NCBI GenBank assembly: GCA_001949185.1
Contig: BDGG01000006.1
Span: forward strand, 540,827 to 604,826
DNA from: Ramazzottius varieornatus
Taxonomy: Eukaryota; Animalia; Tardigrada
Length of the DNA: 64,000 nt
Direction of reading: 5' to 3'
A program made the position numbers and the translations under genes. Under the pieces are notes generated by a model. It was given only the letters and a program-made list of their open reading frames with translations. It ran no database searches and was not told the origin of the DNA. Below, one piece after another: positions 12,075 to 24,100 of this stretch. The stretch's first letter is position 1; each line of letters begins with the position of its first letter.

Positions 12075-15000
12075 ATGAAATCGACTAAAGTCGGGGAAAT
12101 GAAAGGATACTTATCGGTATTATTCTGGATTTCCATCTTGTCCTCCTTTTCACCTGGATTAACTGTCCTCAACCACACATTGCGCGGCAACCATTCGACG
12201 TCGTCCTCCCAATTAGTGCGGTACATGGCCCATCAAGATGGGCAGGAGAAGAAGGCGGAGAAGCGCAGCGCGGCAAATTGGGAGACGGTGGAGACGTTGA
12301 GCGGCCAACTGGTCAACATCTCCTGGCCGGTCAAGCGGGTGGCCAGCCTGGATGGCGACATCATCCTGGGCGGCTTGATGATGATCCACGAGCGGGAGGA
12401 GAAGAGCACCTGTGGCAAGATTATGCGCCAAGGCGGCATCCAAGCCATGGAAGTGATGCTCTACACCATCGATTATGTCAATCGACACTACAATGTCCCC
12501 GGTCGGCTGCCCGGCATCACTTTGGGCGCCTACATTTTGGACGACTGTGATAAGGATACCTACGGTCTGGAAATGGCCGTCGATTTCATTAAAGGTAGGT
12601 GGCCAACGGGATGAAATGGGGGGCTCATGGGTTACTTCCTGCATCAACGAGCAGACGCTCACTTGATGTCAGAAACATAACCCTATCACCTGTAAGCATC
12701 TACTGCTGACAGGTTCGGTAAGTTAGTGATCGATGCGCGTATGTATTGTATCCCCAAATATGCCAAGTGGATTTTAATGTCTAGAAGCCAGCCTGCATCC
12801 ACTTGAAAAACACACAATATTGTCGCAACAGATAGAAACAATACAAAATATTTTTGGGGTCTGTTGACGAATTCAGTTTGTATGGTTTCTTCGCTCGATA
12901 TTTGGATCTGAACATTGTACACATCTGAGCTTTGGTGCTTTTCTACGAGACACTACCGAATTTTAGGGATGGTTTCTATCAAGCGAGCAAGACGGCGACT
13001 TCCAGCTCACGAACTTGACATTTCCGCCTCCATGTCCGGAGCGGTGAAATGTTGTGGACCCGAAGGAGTTAATGCATTATAGGACGCATGGGTAATTCGA
13101 TCATGCTCTGTAAGGAGGAACCTCTCGCTTGAAATATTGAATTTCAAAACTGCCAACCTGTCAAAATCTCGTCGCGAAAAAGACGGTGCTACGGATCGTA
13201 GTAATAGACTGCCAGTGTTATGAGCCGATAGCCCGGATGTGAAGCTGACCCTTATTGAGATCGATACTTTACTTTGATTAGATTTTTAGCCAAGCAGAAG
13301 TCAGGCTTTCTTTTGGATGAAAGAAAACTGAGTGCTGCACTCCACTCCAGTCCAATGCAGGTCAAGTTTATTTGCACAGTTTTTTGCCCGACATTGCAAT
13401 CATGCCCAGCGAGTTTTTTTCCGTCGGGTCTGTCAACAGTGGAGCATGTGGTAGTCTCCAGGGAAGATTTTTTCCAGACGTGAGGACAAACGTGAGGACG
13501 TGTGGAGCGGCGGGTTTGTTGTGGGTCGCCGGATGGGCTGGTGAAAAGCAAAGTGATTGACTCTGTCCTCGGCAAATAAACGCGGCAGGCATCCCTCTCA
13601 ACTTTCGCCTTCCCACAAGTTTTGACAGTTCAAAAATGACACCCCGAATACAAATAGCTACTCTGCCTTGCTTTCCTGTGCCACTGCCCAACCAATATAT
13701 CCAGACTCTTTGAAGACTGACAGGCATGCATAGTCAGGCTAGACAAACGTGACGTCAGGACCCATAAAATCTTTCGTCGTGGGCAGTACATGGATCCATG
13801 ACGTTAGGCTGGAAGGACAGTTGCCGCTAGCAGACATCTTGAAGGAAGTGCCATCAATGAGCTCACGGGGTGCTGGCGCACAAATGATCTGTCATTATGA
13901 CGGACATTGCACCCGACATGATCGGGCCTACCATCCGGAACGTATTCAACGTCTCCCAACCTTTCTTTCGCGCATCAAGCTGCAACCAGCCCGCGGACCC
14001 TAGAGCTGATGCTTAAAGAAATGTCTGCACGCTTTAACGGCTGACGTCATCTTATTATTCATTTGTTTTACTTTGAATTGGGTTTTTATTTCCGATCTAA
14101 TTTTGACATAAATTTTCTGACCAGTTCTACGGGACAATCTGGTTCAATGTCGTTTCAGCAACGCACAAAAAACTGTCAAGATGTTAATGTTCGGTGCAGC
14201 AGTGATCCACCAGGAAGATTATTGTACTGGAATATGGAAGACTAGTACTCGTACGTGTCAAATCGCACCTATTGGTTCAGCATTTTTACGATCGACCGGG
14301 AATCCTTGAGATATGTTTGTATATTTGCTGCGTAGCGAGCGATTTCAGATGCGGTGGTAAAACTGTCTATCAATAGGATAGTACGGGGGAAAGATGATTT
14401 GACGGCTGTAGACAAGTTGAAGGAGCTGTTGAACGGGGACGGGTCGACAAGATATTGTATTATGGTGGCCGGAAGTAGGACAGCATGTGTTGATGATACC
14501 CTTGGGATCAAGCTATTAAGCAGTCGATCGTGCAGCTCACAAGCGATATCGGCTGCATACTGAATGCCTGAGCTGTGTGAAGAGGTAATCCCGTCCTTTT
14601 GGGGCGACCTGATGTTTATTTGGTCTAGGGCATACTGTATAGGAAGCTGGCAAGCGACCGATCGAAGTGATGAGAGAAACTTCTGCCATGCAGAGAATAC
14701 TCTTGTGTATAGTCATGAAAGGACGAGTGGCTGCATTAGGAAGGTCACATGGACAGCACAATGTGGGAAATGTGAGGGGAGGTTGAGGACGTTGATGGAG
14801 GGCCGACTTGTGACGCCGAATGGGACGACACATATCGTGACATACACAAAGCCCTTCTTTGTCTGCCTGCCTTGTAAAGTATCGTAAGTAGCCATGGTGT
14901 GTCATCGATTATTAAGGGGAGATCCATAGACTAAAGTTGCGCCAAGAGTAGCATCACAAAGTGCCCTTAATTCCTAATCAGATCCACTACGCAATGCGCC

Positions 15001-18000
15001 CAGGCACCACAGCAGCCATTTCTTCCCCATCAACCAGCCAGATCAATCCCCTCTATGTACCCCGTATCAAGTTTCTCGCTTCTCTTTTTCTTTCCATATA
15101 TCCAGCCTTCCCTACTTCAGACATTTCCGGTCAAATTCTTACTTTGAAAAACTGAAACAATAGGTTCAGCATATATCTCACTTTGATATTCGGCTGTAAA
15201 AATTCCATTGATAACCAAGCTGCAAAAAGGCTCATTTCATGGACACTTGAGGCAATATTCTGGGCTTTTTGAGAGCCTTTTAAAAATGGCAGCGTCAGGA
15301 GACGATGGCGTTAGGTGCCTTGTTAAATGTCTTTGTTTCTTTAGGCTCAATATCCAGTCTGGACAAAGACTATAAATGTCCGGACGGGAGTACGCCCACT
15401 GCGCCTTTCAAGGTCATCGCCGGCGTGTTGGGAGCGGCCAGCAGCGTCACCTCCATCCAGGTGGCCAACTTGCTCAGGTTGTTCCGCATTCCGCAAATCA
15501 GCTTCTTCTCTTCGGCTGCCGAGCTGAGCAACAAGGATCGCTTCGAATATTTCTCACGAACGGTACCATCGGATGCCAATCAGACCAGAGCCATGGTCGA
15601 CATGGTGCAACTCTTCAACTGGACTTACATTTCCATCGTTTACGAAGAATCGGCCTACGGCATACAGGTACAACTGCCTCATCATCTGTATCGGTTATAC
15701 TCTGGACTTCTAACTGCCCAACCCGAAACAGCCGATTCCTAAATTCTATACAATCTTAGATCTGAATCACGATGTCACAAAAAAGATTTAGAACCTTTTG
15801 AAGAGTTTGTTCACGAGTTTGTATTTTCTTTGATAAAACCTTTCCTTTGAACAATCTTTGTGAAATTTCTTGCGTGACTTTTTAGGCTTTCAGTGCTCTT
15901 CAGCAGCTTTTGGAAGACAAGAAAATTTGCATCGCCGTCCGTGAGAAACTACCCAAAGATTCGGGCAAAGCCGGCGAGCAACACTACGACGCTTTGGTGG
16001 ACCGCCTCAAAGGCAAGCCCCAAGCCAAAGGTGTCATAGTCTACGGTTCAGACCAGGAAGTGGTCGAACTGATGCGATCCGTCCGACGCCGCAACGCCAC
16101 GGGCATGTTCACCTGGATCGGCTCGGACGGCTGGAGCGCTCGTCGTATCGTCTCCGACCACAACGAGCCACAAGTCGAAGGGACGCTGTCATTCCAACCC
16201 CTCGCTCACACTGTCGGCGACTTTGAGCGCTACTTTCGGCAGTTGACTGTCTATGAGAACAGCCGGAATCCGTGGTTCATTGAATACTGGGAGGACATGT
16301 TCCAGTGTAAGTTCCCGGGGGCGCCACTGACGCCGTATAATGTCCAGTGGGCCAACGAGTGCTCCGCTGAGGAAAGCTATGAACGGACTGGGGCTTTTTC
16401 GCTGGATATGGAAGGCCAGCTGCAGTTTGTCAGTGATGCCGTCATGGCCTTTGTCCATGCACTGATTCTGATGCATCAGGACAAGTGTGGGGGGAAACCC
16501 GGTATATGTGAGGACATGAACCCCAATGATGGGCCCTTGCTCTTGCGATACCTGCGACGGGTAAAGTTCACAGGTACACAGTCGGCAAACGCCTTACGAC
16601 AAATCATGTTGCGATAACTAGACATATTAGAAATTATTTCTGTTTCAGGCATAACGGGGGACGAGTTCGAGTTTGATCAAAATGGCGACGGACCAGCGCG
16701 GTATAACATTTTACACTTTCGGAAAGTCAGTGTTTATCCACCAAGTTACGACTGGGTAAGTCTTCCCTAAGCCATCATCATCTGCAGGTTAATTGTCAGT
16801 GGGTTATATTGATGCTCTATGCTCTGTCAGGTGTCGGTGGGGCAGTACAACAAGTCGGGCTTGATGCTGGACTGGTCGCAGATTCACTTTGCCGACCGTG
16901 ACACCGGCAACGAACGAGTGCCCGAATCCGTCTGTGGCCGTCCCTGTGGCTTTGGCCAAGCCAAGAGTATCAACCCTGAAGAGAAATGCTGCTGGACGTG
17001 CGCGGTAAGCTTTTGATGCTTTTGTATTTCAAGTGTACACTCGACAGGATATTTGTCAAATTACAGAACTGTACCGTCTATCAGTATCTGGCCTCGGAGT
17101 TTGAGTGCCTTGATTGCCCGCTGGGCTGGCTGCCCTACCCCAACAAGACGGCCTGTTACGAAGTGGCCATCACCTACCTGGGCATGGACTCTTACTGGGC
17201 CGTCGGTGTCCTGTCTTTGGCCTGTCTGGGTATGGCCTTGACCGCACTGGTCCTCGTCGTCTTTCTCAAGTATTCAGAGACCAACGTGGTCAAAGCCGCC
17301 GGTCGCGAGCTGAGTTACGTTTTGTTGGTTGGCATCATGTCCTGCTACGCCATGACCGGCCTTTTATTGCTCAAGCCTATGGACGTCATTTGTGGCTTCC
17401 AGATGTTCAGTATTGGAGTGTGCTTCGCCGTCTGCTATGCCGCATTGATGACCAAGACCAACCGCATATCCAGGATATTTGAGGCCGCTAAGCACACCGC
17501 CAAGAGGCCCACGTTTATCAGTCCCAGATCTCAGCTCATTATATGCTTTGGACTGGTCATCGTCCAGGTAAAGCAATAAACTGACAAATTGACTGTACTG
17601 CACAGACTCCAAACGATCGACAAATCAATGTCCCATGAGTCCTGACCGCTGAGACCTTGTCCGTTATATTGTAACCGTACACGCACGACGGGAAATTATG
17701 GGGCCAGTGAAAATTATGGGAACCAGGCCTTTGCGCTACTGCGGTACGGAAGCATGTATTAACACATACGCGACCGATTCACAGTAATACACTTTTCTAC
17801 ATTTGAATTTCCATTTTGCCATCTTTTCCGCCTGGCCCCATAATTTCCCGTCGTGCGTGTATTCAGAGTTATCTTTCATAACGATCAAGGCTTGGCTAAT
17901 GTAATGCCTGTGAACAAAGCGTGCCACGACGCTGCCATTTCTCTTGTGATATGTCCCTGTTCCTAATATGCACCCAACTTACAGTACAGACTTGTGACAG

Positions 18001-19084
18001 GTCATCATCATGGTGCTGTACATGGCTTATAGTCCGCCCATCGCTGAGTTTTACTACCCCAGCCGGGAAGAACGAATGCTAGTTTGTCGGTCGCACGTTG
18101 ACGCTTCCTACATGGTCTCCTTCGCCTATCCCATCCTTCTCGTCATCATATGCACCATCTACGCCGTCAAAACCCGCAAGATCCCCGAGGCCTTCAACGA
18201 GTCGCAATACATCGGTTTCACCATGTACACCACCTGCATTATCTGGCTGGCCTTTGTCCCAATTTTCTTCAGTACGGCCACCAACATCCCTCTTCGTATC
18301 ACCACCCTCTGTGCCTCCATCAGTCTGAGCGGCACTGTCTCCCTCGTCTGCCTTTTCGCTCCCAAACTGTATATTATTTTGCTGAGGCCGGAGAGAAACG
18401 TCCGGCCTTCCTTAATGCCGGCCAAGTACCTGGTCAAGACCAACACCACCTCCATGACCTCGGGAACTAGTGATTCCAACTCACAAACTAGTGCCCCGCT
18501 GAACCTCCACTCCACACCCGTCATCGCACCAAAGATTGAGAAGAACAATATCAATGCCAACAGCAAAGCGCTAACCAACTTGAGCAAAAATCTGCAAACA
18601 GGCAACCACAATTCTTCGCCAGCTGCAAATAAACTGCCAGAAGGTACTGTACACAACAAAGGCCGAGTCTGAACCAGACGGAAAAGTCGGCAACGTACAG
18701 TCCTACCTCCGAGATGTGACAATTGCTTCTTCCGCCACCGCGTGGAACTGAATGCACTTTCCAACAGTTTTCTACGGTTGAATCTTACGGTGCCGTCTTT
18801 TACGCTTAGTCCAGACTTTTCCTTCCTGCGTGTACATGATCTGCAGGAAGGTGCAACTGAACAGGTTTCAACAGATGTTCTGTGTTTCAGAGAAGAAAAT
18901 GCCGCTGCAGAAGAAAACTGATGACAAGGAGGAAGCAGCAAATTCCGGTCTTCGACATTTAGGGTCTTTCAGCAGTAATGTCAGCCGCGTCAGTATTGGT
19001 AGTAATGTCAGCAGCAATCTAAGTTATAGCGTTGATTCTCTACCTAGTATTGACAAAGAATCGCTAGACGATGTGCAGCTATGA
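12075..19084 (+). CDS. mtt: Class C GPCR, metabotropic glutamate receptor family, mXR/mangetout type
   Basis: Exons 12075-12594, 15345-15667, 15886-16573, 16649-16755, 16831-17004, 17067-17567, 18001-18643, 18891-19084, all GT-AG with consistent phase. Venus flytrap (GDIILGGLMMIH, LDDCDKDTYGLEMAVDFIKGSIS, WIGSDGWSAR, RNPWF), cysteine-rich domain (PESVC...CCWTC), 7TM (GRELSY, TKTNRI, RKIPEAFNES, PKLYIILLRPERNVR). From memory these motifs match Drosophila mangetout/DmXR far better than group I-III mGluRs. Confidence 0.92.
17680..17858. mobile_element. Tc1/mariner-type MITE in a GPCR intron
   Basis: 23-bp perfect TIR CACGCACGACGGGAAATTATGGG, flanked by TA on both sides. Confidence 0.85.
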
Positions 19085-19236
19085 ACGTTTTGAGACCACT
19101 TTTAACGAGCAGTTCAACCATGAACGGAACACAATGAAAATTGTTTTGGAACCGCTAATGAACGCAATTGCGAACAATGTGTAATGGTATCACCTCAAAG
19201 CTCAACAGTTTGGGGGGACGGGGGTCAGTACATTGA

Positions 19237-20330
19237 CTACTGGGGGCGTTGGTTGAAAGAATCTAACCGATCGTGTGTCTCAAAAAATGTGCCGCGACAG
19301 TTGCGGGTTACATCTCTGTCAAAGATAAACTTGGACCCTTGGGATTCCTCTGGCTTAGTATCGGAGAGCCCAAAAGTCCCATCTTCGTAGACGACGCTCA
19401 GGGCGCCCTTCTTGCTGTCAATGAATTTTTCTGCTGCGATCTGCACTTTGTTCAGTAGTAACACGTGGATGGCATGCAGTAATTTCTCTCATCTGAATGT
19501 ACCGTCGACAGAGAGCTGCAGTGAAATGTTGTCTACGAGGTCCGTCTTTGTGTTGGACATTGCGACACTTCCAGAAACGCAGTTAACTTGGAGAGGTGGG
19601 GTCACCGACACGCATGTCCCACAAGACGCTGCTGCCGCCTAGATCGAGCTTTTCACTGGATCGTAGAACAGTTCGTCCGGTCGGCGGTGCTACGTAACAG
19701 AGTAAGATGACACAAATATCCAAGTTTTGTCTAATTGTGCGCGAAACCAGGAAACGTTACAGTAGCTACAGTGCATTGTAAGTTAAGCTTGGCTCAGCTT
19801 GACGGTCTTCAAGGTACGAAACCAACGAACGGGAATTCTTCCCTGGTTGCCACAAAATATTTGGCCGATCAGCGCTGGAGGTCATATTGATCCATTCAAC
19901 CGCAGCCTTCATCCCGCAACATCCACAGTCTGGATGAATCTCGCAGGTGGGATTGTAGCCCATCCTCCAAAGTTTTCAAGGTTGTAGCGTTCAGAATATC
20001 CAGTACTGTAATGCTTCATGAACTTATCGAAGTGAGTCATCATACGAGCACGGTTGAACCCCGGTCCGAAAATTTTGCCCTACCAGCCCCTAAGGGATGT
20101 TTCGCGCGTATGATGACTCACTTCGCCAAGTTCATGAAGCATTACAGTAGACGTCGTGGCATGTGGTTTAGTCTGTTATCGTACAGCTTCCAATACTCCA
20201 GCTTGTGCAGTCTCACTTGGGGGTTCAATACGTGTGCCTGAAGGTGATCAGCAGTCAGCCTGTTCGCCTGTAGATCTAAAGTCTAAATCGACAAAGCCAA
20301 CTCCAAGCATTCAAGCTCAAAACATGGTGC
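19237..20330 (-). pseudogene. Decayed unidentified coding sequence interrupted by a MITE
   Basis: Long minus-strand frames with scattered stops (HRRPDELFYDPVKSSI*...FR*EKLLHAIHVLLLNKVQIAAEKFID...); a frame reads through once the 20006-20147 MITE is removed. No family recognised. Confidence 0.3.
20006..20147. mobile_element. MITE family A, copy 1
   Basis: ~40-bp TIR CTGTAATGCTTCATGAACTT..CGAAGTGAGTCATCATACG; TA TSD; related copy at 37385-37525. Confidence 0.85.
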
Positions 20331-20664
20331 ACAAATATTACAAAGTTGTGGCTCAGTCACGGTATTTCAAAAGTTGGTTATAATACAGTAACGAGGACGT
20401 GTCATGAATCTTTCCTTACCTTCAACCACTTACAGTCACGGTCATGGGTCATCGTACGGCCTGTATAATTCCCTGTATAAAACTCAAACCTCTGGACAGA
20501 ATTGCCCAGTTGGTTTTTCTCCTAACTCATAAAACATCGTTCTCTGGAAAATTAATATCTTCACGATGATTTCGCCGCTGACGTTTATTTGCCAGATGTG
20601 AACATGAGGAGACATAAAACCTTCTGCACGTCCGATGCAGGAAAACTCACGCCTATTATAATAT

Positions 20665-21154
20665 AGGTAGCTGCGGCCCATTCCCAGCACAACCGATCTC
20701 TGACCAAATTGTTCAGGAAACCAGTTTTAAGTATTAGGACCCCAAGGGCAAAGTTGAACTGCCAACGCTCTTACGTAGCAGATATCGCGGAAGACGACGA
20801 TGAAGTCCATTTGGCCGTCTGACCAGTGGTCAGATGGCTACGTCGGAAAAGTCTGAAGGGGTTCGAATTTTTCACTCAGAAAGTTTTGAAGTTAGGATGA
20901 CGTCATGTAGCATGAAAATGCGTAGGTAGTCGTTCTGGCATCCAACCCCCTGGAAGGGGTTTCATTTTGTGGTTACTCCTGAAATTTTCCAGAGTGTCTT
21001 CCCAGAAGGGCGAACATTTTTCAGAGACTTTGAACCACGGCGATGTACGGCAAAATTACCACACGATACCCCTCCATATTCTCAACAACTTCAAGTCAAA
21101 AAACGCTACTTCAGAAGCAAAATTGATTGTACTGGGAATGGGCCGCAGCTACGC
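20665..21154. mobile_element. ~490-bp non-autonomous DNA transposon, family B, copy 1
   Basis: TIR GTAGCTGCGGCCCATTCCCAG / CTGGGAATGGGCCGCAGCTAC; AATAT on both flanks; shares internal blocks (CGTCTGACCAGTGGTCAGAT.GCTAC.TCGG.AAAGTCTGAAGGGG, ATGCGTAGGT.GTCGTT) with 58983-59480. Confidence 0.8.
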
Positions 21155-24100
21155 AATATTTCCTATCGACTAAGGTTCTAGGATAATCAGGCCAAATAAC
21201 GGTGGACATCATCACTAGTTTTGGTTGATTCATGTCGGAAGGCAGCAAGTTACCCGCCGGAACTCCCTGTTATTTAGTACTACGATTTCAATGAAAGGCA
21301 CAGCAAACAAGAGAGCACACCTCGCCGGTCCGAGTTAAGGCGACACTAGCCTTTGGAAGGGTTCGCGGAAGGCCTTTTCACATACGACAATAATGGTAGA
21401 TCGAGATGCGAACTAAATGATGCAAAAACTAGCAGTTCAATATCAACGCCCACTAATAAACCGCGATTGTTTTAACGTCGTCCTTCAAATCGAATATTTT
21501 GCATCTTTCCGGCACCAGGAAAGAGTGACCAGCCACGTTTAGTTGCCGCCTTCCTGGTCTTTGTCTTCAAGAAGGAGAACAGGTAACAGCGCGTAGACGA
21601 ACACCGGTCAGGCAGGCGGTTGCTGGCTACTGGTCTAGCCTATTTCTGATTGTGACCACTCGCTGACACAAACCTTTCCTGAACAATGCACTGATTCTGG
21701 GGCACCTGCTGTATTAGCTCTCAAAATTCACGTACATCACAGCCATCACTTCCGTTACAGAGTTTGCGAATCAACGGCAGGCATACCCAACTACGTCAGC
21801 GTATTACGTCATCTCGGACTTTAATATTTCCAAGATGGTTTAACATTTGCCGCCGATTCTAATTCATCGGACGGTTTTTCGTCTTTCTAATCTTTCAAAC
21901 CACCAGGCGGAAAAAAACAAAGATAGGGAAAATTAAAAAAAACTGTTTCGTGCACAGAATCTGGATTTTGGAGGACGTATTCGGCCGAACAGCTGATTTT
22001 CTACTGACGCAAGTGACGTCAAGGCCTTCCACGTCGGCAGGTAATCGCAAACGCAGCATATGCGTCCTAACAGAAATAGTGCATGTGACATACGTGAATT
22101 TTTGGGAGGTAATACAGTAGTTTATTTTGAAGTTGGGATCATGCTAACTTTTTTCTGAAACGGCCAGTCGACACAAGGATGTTTGAGGTGAGTCTGCCAG
22201 AAGCGATTGTGGATACGTGACTTCGTTGTCCAGTTACGGCCCTTTAAAATTGTTTGTGGACATATTTCTGGATGTAGCTTTCGTAAGCGTAACTCGAAAA
22301 CTCTAAAAAAACTAGCAGATTCTTTGTCTTGCTGAGATCTATCAGGTGCGGAAGTATGACTTGTTACTTCCCCGATGAAGATTTTCAAAAACTTCCTGAC
22401 TGCCAATCTCCGTATTTTTGATCAGGTTATCCACCCATCCTAGCACGGTACGTCACTCAGTTTTTCGGCAGTGGATGCATGCCTTTACTGTAGGAGCATA
22501 GGGGAAGAGAAAAGATAAAATCGCCACAGCCATTTTCGCAGCCTCTCTGGAGGAAATTGTTAGACTTTAAAATAGTAACCAGACAGTAGCCACAATTTTC
22601 CTTTGGTGCCGCTCACGATTCGAAATTTTCCGCGCTGCTTCCGTACTTTTGAAACATTGCGAGTTTTGCTTCAGACCGTTCTACAGAGCCCACTTACCGT
22701 GGCTGGCAACAATGTGATCTGAGATCGGTTCGCTCTCGTTTTGAACCGAGAGGGCAATTAAAGGCAAAACCGTGCGTTATTTGTAAGGTGCGCGAGGTAA
22801 ACGGGGTATCCGATTCTCTAATTCTATTGGCTTCCCGTTTTGTCTAAATGTACAGCCAGGATTTAATAAGATACCTTGAAGTCTCGTAAGGGTTCTACAA
22901 CAATTCTGGAAGAATCGGATTCAATAAACTCCCCGAGCACGTTGTTGTCCACCTTTAGTTACGGTCTTCCGTAGGAGTGAATTCCGAGCAAGAAATCTCC
23001 AGAGCGGAGGAGAATTACCCAACCTCCCAGGGCATGCTGCTTACCTGCTTTGCTCCTGAACATGGAGCATATCTTCCTGTCCGTGTCAGATGCGCTGACG
23101 CCTCGAAAAAACTCATAGTGTTCAATGACCCAAAATTTAGATTCTCCACGATTCAGGCATAACTATTCCTGCGTTTCTGCCGAGCTGAGGAACTCAGAAC
23201 AGTAGAATACCAAACGATGGCCAGGAGTTGGCAAAGTGAGAAAAAAAAGACGTCAGGACAAAAGAACAAGGGGGAGCGTAACCATGATTTTCTGAAGTGA
23301 ACGTGTTCCCAGGGGTAACAAGTCATGCTTCCGCACCTGATACGTATTTGGTGCTTAGTGGCTCCTCGTAGGGCCAACCGGTGATGATGAAACCGTGGTA
23401 CAACAAATTCGTGTTTATGCCAACACAGCAGGGCAGTAAACCCATTTTGACCAACGCGACAGCCTGCATTGTTTAGTTTCATCATCCCTGCGCATTCTTG
23501 TACTATTGTCAAATGGCTGAACGCCACTAGAAATTGGAAACTTGACAGGCCATTCGCCCAAAAACTGCAACGGGCGGAGTTCGATGCCGATAGAAAATAG
23601 ATTTCTGCACCACGCTCTTTGCAAACCAACTTTGAATATCTTCCGATATTCTCTTGCGGTTTCAGCGAATGAAATTCAAAAGATACAAAAGAGCTCATTC
23701 TTCAGACCGAACATAGTTTTAGTCTGTAAGGTTTATACAGGACAGAGGAAAGAAACGACTCTGTCTAATTGTCCGCAAAAGTGGGCTGTAGTTCCCATAC
23801 GGGAAAATTCTGCAGGAAAATTTTGCTAGAGATCTCTTTTTGTCTTAACAGTAGAGCAATGTTTGTAATACATTTTGGTCATTTAAGTATTGCCATGAGC
23901 CCGTCACGGTCAAAAATGGCCTATATTTTCTTGTCTTAACCATTAATCCTTACCGGATGATTGATTGAGCTAGCGACTTGCCTGTCACGCGCCCAAAAGT
24001 CGAGAGTGTGTACTTCCTAGTAGTGTTTGAATTATGAAAATCGGACGATAGGTTCAAAAAATACGATTAATCAAATGGAGACCATGACGTCAGACTGCGC

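Noticed and set aside
22115-22490. Possible TA-flanked MITE (CAGTA...TACTG)
   Set aside because: Only 5 bp of inverted match, which is not enough support.
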